Of a DNA stretch of 64,000 nucleotides, positions 55,228-64,000 are shown piece after piece. The DNA is from Guillardia theta CCMP2712. Its lineage: Eukaryota > Protista > Cryptophyta. How positions within the stretch are numbered: the first letter of the stretch is position 1; each line of letters begins with the position of its first letter. A program made the position numbers and the translations under genes. The notes under the pieces were generated by a model. The model had not been told where the DNA came from. It saw only the letters and a list, made by a program, of their open reading frames with translations, and searched no databases. The DNA lies in the NCBI RefSeq assembly GCF_000315625.1, contig NW_005434611.1:193352-257351 (forward strand), given 5' to 3'.

Positions 55228-56660
55228 TTGGTCAAATTCACGCGCGAGCTCGTGAAGTTGTTGCTCTGGTGATCAACTAGCGTCGCTTTGTTGCTCCGAT
55301 CTCTTGGATCTACCAGCACGTCGCCCCTCTCCATCCTCGACGAGTGCAAGAAGCTGAAAGTGAGGGGCTGAGCAGACGGCATCTGCAGCCAATGATGGGG
55401 AACTTCGTCATGGCGCGTCTGATGCGTCGTGAACGATCGGCTGCGAGGCTGCAAGATGTCCGATCCTCTCTCAGCTTGAACGGCGAAGGGAGCAGAAGGA
55501 GCAGAGTTGGGAGGAGCAGGGGAGCCTGTTGTCTTGGAGGAAGGACTAGCGGGGTAGAGCATGGAGTCCGTCCTCCCCCGAGGGCTGTAGACGGAGCTCC
55601 CATTGAAGTTGAGGTGATCGAGCATGCCGACCATGCTGGAGGACCCGAGAGATCTTGACTGGTAGAGAGGAGAGCGCCTCGAGGTGGAAGAGGAGGAGGA
55701 GTAGGAGGCATGTCCCTTGTGCAGAGGGCTTGTGGTTTCCGGCGAAGCTCCATGCTCGATGTGTTCTTTGATGACTGCTTCTAAGATCTCGTTCTCTTTC
55801 ACGCTTCTTGTCCTCCCCCACTCCTCTCCTCCACTGTACATGCGAGTCAGAGCATCCACCATCTCCTCTCGTTCTCCCTCCTGCTCCTGCCTCAACTCAG
55901 ACGCGTGGACCATGCCAGGGAAGTGCGGAGTGCTATGCCCGATCAAGGGGATGGCAAGACCGTGCAGCGAGTCCAAGGACCCTTCCATCCCATCCTCCGG
56001 CATTGAGTTTCGCCGCATGCTCGCACCTGATAGAGGATCGTGCTGCAACTTTGAAAACCAAGGAAGTCAGGATCATGAAAACATTTAGAGAGGAGAGGTG
56101 TAAAGGTAGAATGAGATGCAGGGCTCGTGAGGCGAAAGCAGGGGGGCATGGAGAGGGGTATTGATGAAGGACGAAAGGGAAGACGAAAGTAACAACATCA
56201 AGACGGAGGGAGAGGAAGGGAGGGGGAGAGAGGGAGAGGAAAAGACCTCGACGAAATCTGTCACAGGCCCATGATAGACATTCGGAAGCGAGCCGAACCT
56301 CGGGAACGGTCTGGAATTAGAGACTGCTGTCCTTGACTCGTCAGTTCGAACATCTTCATGGATTGAAAGGAGCGAACAGTCGATGCGAGGGGAAGGGAGG
56401 GAGGCAGGGAGGGAGGCAGGGAGGGAGGCAGAGAGGGAGGGAGGAGGGATGTTTCAATGAAATGTGGTGGGATGCGAGCATGGCTGGAACGGGAGGGAGC
56501 GATAGCGACAGAGGAAGAAGGTTGGTACTATAGGAGAGGATGTGTTGGGGGTCCTTGTCCCAGGGAATGAGGGGGTGGGGTGGTGCGTCCTCTTGCCTCG
56601 TTGCGGAATCAGCTCATCTTCCGTCCTGTTCGGCATGTCGAGCAATGAAGAATCAAAATT
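52558..56660 (-). CDS. Multi-exon low-complexity hypothetical protein with Asn/Ser-rich tract (5' end uncertain, contains a gap)
   Basis: Large exon ~54910-56050 plus smaller exons (AGSPAEQRAAP.., ETSSMSGDMHSIFYNFF.., RRGLVDNTIFVVIKID..) bounded by splice sites. Introns are pyrimidine-rich on the minus strand. Confidence 0.55.
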
Positions 56661-58681
56661 AGGGGGTGGGGGTAGGTACATACCCCTGAATGTTAGGGTA
56701 TAGTTTGTAAGGGGTGTCCTACATGAGGGGTGTCCCATGTCGAATACCCCTAATAATACCGAGAAAAACACACGGTTTGTAGGGGTACTGATCAGACATG
56801 AAGGGACTTAATGGAAAAGGGTGGGTGGGTTTTCATGAACATGAGGAGTACTATCAGGAAGGGGTAGGGTCCTCGAGACAGCAGGGTCAGAAGTTGCTGT
56901 CTCACGGAAAGGACAGGGCGGGTGCAGGAGGAGGAGGAGGAGGAGGAGGAGGAGGAGCAGGAGGAGGAGGAGGAGGAGAAGGAGCAGGACGCAGGACGCA
57001 GGAGCAGGAGGAGGAGCAGGAGCANNNNNNNNNNNNNNNNNNNNNNNNNNNNNNNNNNNNNNNNNNNNNNNNNNNNNNNNNNNNNNNNNNNNNNNNNNNN
57101 NNNNNNNNNNNNNNNNNNNNNNNNNNNNNNNNNNNNNNNNNNNNNNNNNNNNNNNNNNNNNNNNNNNNNNNNNNNNNNNNNNNNNNNNNNNNNNNNNNNN
57201 NNNNNNNNNNNNNNNNNNNNNNNNNNNNNNNNNNNNNNNNNNNNNNNNNNNNNNNNNNNNNNNNNNNNNNNNNNNNNNNNNNNNNNNGTAACAGGGGCAG
57301 TAGCAAAAGGACCAAGATGAAGAAGAGCAGGAAGCAGCAGCAGCAGCAGCAGGATGAGGAAGAGCAGGGAGGGAGGGTTGGGGGTGGGGGGAGGGGCAGG
57401 AGCTGAAGAAGAAGGAGATCGAGGAGGATGGGTGATGAATGTGGGGGCGGGCGCATGGCAGGCAGGGCAGGGCAGATAGGAGAGAAGAGAGGAGACATGG
57501 ACAGAGGATCTTTGGAGCAATGGAAGTTTGACACCGTCAGGGCTGGAGGGTAGGAAGGAAATGAAGATTGAGATCAGGAGAGGGTTCGGGATGAGAGGAT
57601 TTAGGACAGGAGAGATTTCATAGCATCATGTGGAACTACAAGGGTTCTCTGGTTTTGAGCAAAAGTAGAATGAACTCTCTTAATATGCTAGTAGTCAGTA
57701 TCACGTTTCATGGCTGTGTCCTTCGTTGCCTTTCACTGTTCAGACAGAAACGAGTATTTGAATGAAGCTATCAGCCCTTTCTACATCCCAACTCGCTCCT
57801 CCTCTTCCCTTCCCCAGCTTTCTTTTGTGTCTCTCCTGTACCCTTTCGTTTCTACTATCCTCCCTATCAAGCGTACAACGAGAAAACATGGTTCAGTAGC
57901 AAGATGACCATCACGGCAAGCAAAGATCCGCTTTCTTCACTTTTATCCTCTTCCTTCTCATATTGATCAATGAAGAATATTAGAGTACAAGTCCACCTCC
58001 GCTGACATGTTTTCCCTGTTGCCGTCACTCAAAGTTGTGGAGGTAGCATACAACTTCCGTATCAGGAGTCCTGCCATGATGTCGTCAAGGGAGCATACAG
58101 GAGCCACGACAAGCTCACATGGCGCCGATGACTTCGGGAGGAAGCTGCACGTTCATTGAATCTAGCATGTTCTTGCATTCGCTCCATGGACTGCGGAGCA
58201 AGAGAGGTCAACACAGACGCGTTGATCATGTCGATGGTGTTGAACAAGCAACCACAACATCAGATGTTTCACAATCCCATCAATTCTTTGTGTTGCCCAT
58301 CAATGTGTAAAATATCGCATTGCTTGCCACAACTCCAAGGAACTTTCTCATCACGAATAATCATCAATATCACAGAAACATGAAAACAAGAATCATCAAC
58401 ATCACAGAAACATGAAAGCGAGAATCATCAACGCCTCGCGATTCTTCTTACATTTCCTTCTCTCCTTCTACGATCGTCGGCTCCCCTTCCCCCTCAAAGA
58501 CCGCCAGCCGCGGCCTCAGCAACCGGAGCAGCATGGCCAACTAAAAGGAGACGTGGGGGGTATTGGGGTAGTCCCATAACCGGTACAAATTAGTGAAAAA
58601 TCCATTTCTGACAGGGGGTGTATGGGTAGGAGGGACAGAAAAAGAGGGGGTAGGGAGATACTGCCGACGAAGAGTCAAAAA

Positions 58682-59745
58682 ATGATGTGGATCGCTATGC
58701 CAATGCTTACAAAGGTGATGGAGGAGGAGGAGGTGGAGGAGGAGGAAGAAGAGGAGGAAGAGGAAGAGGAGAAGGCAGGAGGCAGGAGGAGGCAGGAGGC
58801 AGGAGGGAGGGGGAAACGGGGGGGGCAGGAGCAAGAGGGAGAGAAATCAGGGAAAGGAAAAGCTGGGAGGAACATGTTACCAAGACACGGCATACTTGCG
58901 CATTCATCCTCACATTTCTTTCAATAGGGGCCAACTGCCTTCCCTGAGTTCAATGCTGCTGGATACAACACCTCCACCTACGCCTACCCCGCGACCGCGC
59001 ACGGCAACGAGGTTTATTACAACCAGTACGACGAGATCGAAATCCGTAAGTCCCTCCGACTCCCACCCTCTTCAACTTGTACTTCCTCCTTTCCTCCCCT
59101 CATTGTTCGTCCCTCTCCTCCAACTCCTCCCATGGTCGCTCAACCAACTTCCTCTCTTCTCTCTCTTCCTTCATCATTTCCTCTTGATCTCACCCCTCAC
59201 TTGTTCTTCTCCACTTTCTTCGCTCTGCTCCAATGCTTTGCTATCCTCATTCTAGTCTTCTTCCTCCTCTCCTCGAAATGTCTCGTCCTCCTGATTTCTT
59301 TACCTAGCTGTTCACACTTGGACTCATACCGATTTCGACCCCTCCGATGTTCTCCCCGCCTCCTACCTGGTCTACTAAGAGGACGAGGGAGAGGAGGAGG
59401 ATGGAAATGGAAATGTTCAGCTCACTAGCGAGATCTCTGTGTCTATAGGTTGCAATGTATGAGATTCCGCAAAGAAAGTTTATGTACAAGGATGGAGAGC
59501 CAACGTCTCTTCCTCCTCCTCCTCCTCCTCCTCTTCCTTCTCCTCTTCCTCCTTTCTTGCTCCCACTATTTATCCGACCCGCTCGGGTTTACGCTCATGC
59601 GGTAATGGCCGTACCTAAAGCATGCATGAGAAGGGAAGGCCGATGAAGGAGGAGGGGTCAAGGGGAGAAGAGTGAGAGAGCGGGAGTGAAGGAGTACCTC
59701 CTGGAAGGTGATTTGCCCTTGCACCACCTGAAACATAAGCTTCAA
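58682..59745 (+). CDS. Small multi-exon hypothetical protein not captured by the ORF track (3' end uncertain)
   Basis: MMWIAMPMLTK|GPTAFPEFNAAGYNTSTYAYPATAHGNEVYYNQYDEIEI|PVHTWTHTDFDPSDVLPASYL|VAMYEIPQRKF.. join in phase at GT-AG sites. Confidence 0.5.
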
Positions 59746-60499
59746 GTCAGTTCTGCTCCCTCCCTCCCTCCCTCCCTCCCTCNNNNNNNNNNNNNNNNNN
59801 NNNNNNNNNNNNNNNNNNNNNNNNNNNNNNNNNNNNNNNNNNNNNNNNNNNNNNNNNNNNNNNNNNNNNNNNNNNNNNNNNNNNNNNNNNNNNNNNNNNN
59901 NNNNNNNNNNNNNNNNNNNNNNNNNNNNNNNNNNNNNNNNNNNNNNNNNNNNNNNNNNNNNNNNNNNNNNNNNNNNNNNNNNNNNNNNNNNNNNNNNNNN
60001 NNNNNNNNNNNNNNNNNNNNNNNNNNNNNNNNNNNNNNNNNNNNNNNNNNNNNNNNNNNNNNNNNNNNNNNNNNNNNNNNNNNNNNNNNNNNNNNNNNNN
60101 NNNNNNNNNNNNNNNNNNNNNNNNNNNNNNNNNNNNNNNNNNNNNNNNNNNNNNNNNNNNNNNNNNNNNNNNNNNNNNNNNNNNNNNNNNNNNNNNNNNN
60201 NNNNNNCCCTCCTCCCTCCCTCCCTCCCTCCCTCCCTCCCTCCCTCCCTCCCTCCCTCCCTCCCTCTTTTTCTTCTCGCTTTTCACCGGAATCTTTTCGC
60301 AACCATCCAGATCGCTACTTCAGCCATCACAACAAGTCACGAGAAGGAGGAAGAGGAGGAGGAGTTACCGGCCGCAGCGACTGTTAGGGTCATGAAGATG
60401 GCAGCGATGGAGAAGGGAACCAGCTGAAATGATGATCAGGACAGGACAAGGGGGGAGGAGTGCGGAGAAGAGAGGACAGGACAGGAGGGGAGGGGAGGG

Positions 60500-61362
60500 G
60501 AGGGGGGTCCTAACTGTACCTGCCAGGAGTTGCCCGGAAGGTCGTTGAAAGACTGATGAGACACAAGGAAGGAGTCAGGGAGAGAGAGGAGGGGAGAGCG
60601 AAGTTGTGTAGAAAGAAGAGGGGAGAGGAGGAAATGGAACAAACACGGGAAGTTGATGGGACAACGAGGTCAAGAGGAGATGGGAAGTGGAGTGAAGGAG
60701 GGGGAGAAGTTGGTAAGAGGAGCAGTAGAAGAGAGGAGGGGTAGGGCAAGTGAGAGCGGGAAGAGGAGAGGAGAGGACGAAGGAGGGGGAGGAGGAAGGA
60801 GTAGGACAAACTGAGGAGGGACTGTCTTGACCTGCCGCCTCCGGCGCGTATGATATCCTACCTGCTGCTGCTCCTCCTCGCCCCCTTGCATCCTACCCGG
60901 CACTTGTCCTTTCCTCCCCATCATGCCAGGGCCCTGTTTGCGTTCCCCCGATCAGCCTCCTCCTGCTCGTCCTCCCCAGCTGCGTCCTCACCTGGTTCAG
61001 CGGCATGCCCATTCTCCCTTGCTGAATGCTTCCGCCTGCTGCCTCTTCTTCTTCTGCAGCAGCTCTTGCTCCTGCTCCCCGCATTGCGGCTCCCCGTCCC
61101 GAGACTCCCTCGTCGTCTGCTGCATCACTGAGAAAACAGAGGAGAAGGAGGAGGGAGAGAGAGAGGAAGAGGAGATGGAGGAGGAGGAGGAAGGGGAGGG
61201 GGGAGGTGAAGGGGAAACAAGTATAGGAAGAAAGTGAAGGAAAAACCGGAAAAGGGAAGAGAAGGGAAGGAGGAGCTCAAAAAAAATACCTTGAGCCATT
61301 GCTCCTGCTCCAGGTCCTTGAGCCTGAAAATAAAGTCGCGTCATAAAATAAATCCGTTCGAT

Positions 61363-61415
<53 letters not shown>

Positions 61416-63820
61416 CTTCCTTCGCTCCTCCTGCGCTCCCTCCCCCTCCCTCCCTCCTAACCTTGGCTGCAGATCGCCGACGTGAAAACTCCATGAGGAC
61501 CATTTTACACTTTTGTTGTGCTCTGCCAGCAAGTCACGGAAAGCAACTTGAACAGCAGTAGGTGAAAGAACAGATGACGTAGGGAGCGAGCAGGATCAAG
61601 CGGTGACGAGGGAGATGTTTGGAGGGAGGAGGGGAGCAGGAAAACGAGCGGGAGGAGCAAAAGGAGAGGAGGAAGCGAATGAGACAAGGAAGGGAAGGGA
61701 AGAGAAGGGAAGGGGNNNNNNNNNNNNNNNNNNNNNNNNNNNNNNNNNNNNNNNNNNNNNNNNNNNNNNNNNNNNNNNNNNNNNNNNNNNNNNNNNNNNN
61801 NNNNNNNNNNNNNNNNNNNNNNNNNNNNNNNNNNNNNNNNNNNNNNNNNNNNNNNNNNNNNNNNNNNNNNNNNNNNNNNNNNNNNNNNNNNNNNNNNNNN
61901 NNNNNNNNNNNNNNNNNNNNNNNNNNNNNNNNNNNNNNNNNNNNNNNNNNNNNNNNNNNNNNNNNNNNNNNNNNNNNNNNNNNNNNNNNNNNNNNNNNNN
62001 NNNNNNNNNNNNNNNNNNNNNNNNNNNNNNNNNNNNNNNNNNNNNNNNNNNNNNNNNNNNNNNNNNNNNNNNNNNNNNNNNNNNNNNNNNNNNNNNNNNN
62101 NNNNNNNNNNNNNNNNNNNNNNNNNNNNNNNNNNNNNNNNNNNNNNNNNNNNNNNNNNNNNNNNNNNNNNNNNNNNNNNNNNNNNNNNNNNNNNNNNNNN
62201 NNNNNNNNNNNNNNNNNNNNNNNNNNNNNNNNNNNNNNNNNNNNNNNNNNNNNNNNNNNNNNNNNNNNNNNNNNNNNNNNNNNNNNNNNNNNNNNNNNNN
62301 NNNNNNNNNNNNNNNNNNNNNNNNNNNNNNNNNNNNNNNNNNNNNNNNNNNNNNNNNNNNNNNNNNNNNNNNNNNNNNNNNNNNNNNNNNNNNNNNNNNN
62401 NNNNNNNNNNNNNNNNNNNNNNNNNNNNNNNNNNNNNNNNNNNNNNNNNNNNNNNNNNNNNNNNNNNNNNNNNNNNNNNNNNNNNNNNNNNNNNNNNNNN
62501 NNNNNNNNNNNNNNNNNNNNAGGGAAGGGAAGGGAAGGGAAGGGAAGGGAAGGGAAGGGAAGGAAGGGAGGGAGGGGAGGAGGAAAGGAGGAAACTATTC
62601 ACGTCTGCATATTTCTTGACAGTCTTGCGCAGCATTTTTGGCTCAATTCATTGTTCGTCAGGCAACAGCTGCACAACTTGAGCACGTTGGGGTCAAGACC
62701 TGAAGAGGAGGAGAGAAGCAGATTTCAGTGACTACATACGAGGAAATGGAGGATGAAAAAAGGGCGAGGACGGGGAGGAGTAGAAGCTCCTACTCCTCTT
62801 GCGAGGAGGAGGGAGGGGAAGGGAGGGGAAGGGAGGAGGACGAGGACGAGGGAGGACGATAGAGGAAGAGGAGGGAGGAGGAGGTGGGAGGAGAGACAGC
62901 TTTCTTCTTCTCTGACCGTAGGTCTGACTTGTCTTCTGCTCCAAGGGCTGTTGGGGCTATGAGAAGCTCTTCCTTCCTCCTCCCCCTCAGCTTCTCCTCT
63001 TCCTCCTCCCCTGCTGGGAGCGGGCGGAGCGGCAAGCTCAGGTTCAGCTGCCATCCTGCTGGATCCCATTCGAGCTGGAGGGGGAGGAGCATCTGAACTT
63101 TCCTGCCCTGCCTGCCCTCCCGCTTCCCCTCGCCTTGCTCCTCTCACTTCTCCTTCCTCTCCACCCTCACCGGGACCCCTTCTCGTCCCCATCCCCCTAC
63201 CCCTCCCCATTCTCATCCCCCTGCTCCTGCCCAGGACGGTTCCCCCAGCTCGTCCTGCTGTCCCTTGGCTTGCTTCATCTTCTCCTTCTTCTCCTTGAAT
63301 GCGAGCTTGAGGCTTATCAGCGTCTCCTCCTATCCTCCAGTCAGCCCTCCCTCTCCCACCTCCTGCTCCTCTCCCTCTCCCTCTCCCTCTCCCCTCCTCC
63401 TCTTCGTTTCCTCTCCCCCTTTCTCCTCCTCCTCCCCTCCTCTCCTGACCTATTTCTTCATCTTCTCTCCTTGCGAAGCGATGCGTCCTCCCGTGCACCC
63501 TCTGCCCTTGGGAGGAAGGAACCGCTTCCTGCGAGCTGCCCTCTGCATCTGACGTTCCCTGCCAAGAGCTCAGATCATGAAGAGGGAAGGAGAGGGGGAG
63601 CGAAGAAGGGGAGAATAAAGAGGAAGGTAGACAAGTCTACCATCCTCGCTTGTCGACTCTTCATGAAACGTTCCCGCCAGCCTCCTGCTCCTGCTGCTCC
63701 TGCTGCTCCTGCTGCTCCTGGTGTCCTCCCTCGCTCACTCTCTCCCATCTCTGCTGGCTTGGCTTCATCCTGCTGGCCAAGTCAATGGACGAGGAGAGAG
63801 AAGGGTTCAGATCTGTGACC
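60500..63820 (-). CDS. Fragments of a probable multi-exon gene, unresolved (large gap)
   Basis: Short non-repetitive islands with splice-like borders between microsatellites (e.g. GLDPNVLKLCSCCLTNNELSQKCCARLSRNMQT). Frames could not be joined. Confidence 0.3.
61716..62520. other. Assembly gap (others at 26523-26643, 53173-53272, 57025-57287, 59783-60206)
   Basis: N runs, each at or beside a microsatellite. Confidence 0.99.
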
Positions 63821-64000
63821 TGAGAAGAGCCGAAGCCACGGCGGAAGGAGGAGGAGGAGGAGGAGGAGGAGGAGGAGGAGGAGGAGAAGGGAGTCCACGT
63901 CTCTCTCTTCGATCCTGTCCGTTCGAACATGCTGGGAGGTCTCGACGGTAGATCTTCTTCTCCATCCTGCGACACCATCACCACCACGATCATCTCCATC

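Overview
Eukaryotic nuclear DNA from a draft assembly with five N-gaps. It has many short (~50 nt) GT/GC-AG introns with CTGAC/CTAAC-like branch points and microsatellite-filled longer introns. The style suggests a cryptophyte alga such as Guillardia theta (inference, not verified). Most ORF-track entries are microsatellite artefacts or single exons, so genes were rebuilt by hand-splicing. Recognisable genes: two tandem RWP-RK genes, a SOUL heme-binding protein, a PH-like + single-domain voltage-gated cation channel + EF-hand protein, a Crinkler/RHS-type (CR) NTPase-REase effector, a GNAT acetyltransferase, a ~2760-aa NO VEIN/sacsin-like GHKL + DUF3883 protein, V-ATPase subunit A and an AmtB/AMT2-type ammonium transporter, plus several orphans. 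Main leads: (1) the CR effector has a hidden signal-peptide exon and a ubiquitin-tail-like LxxRGG motif, and lies between mosaic ~1.3-1.8 kb direct repeats that include the start of the neighbouring GNAT gene; (2) a split-exon secreted, probably GPI-anchored protein carrying the Ly6/uPAR CCxxDxCN signature; (3) recurrent two-part intergenic modules (GGGGT-rich tract next to a CCGG-rich tract). No rRNA, tRNA or CRISPR array is supported.
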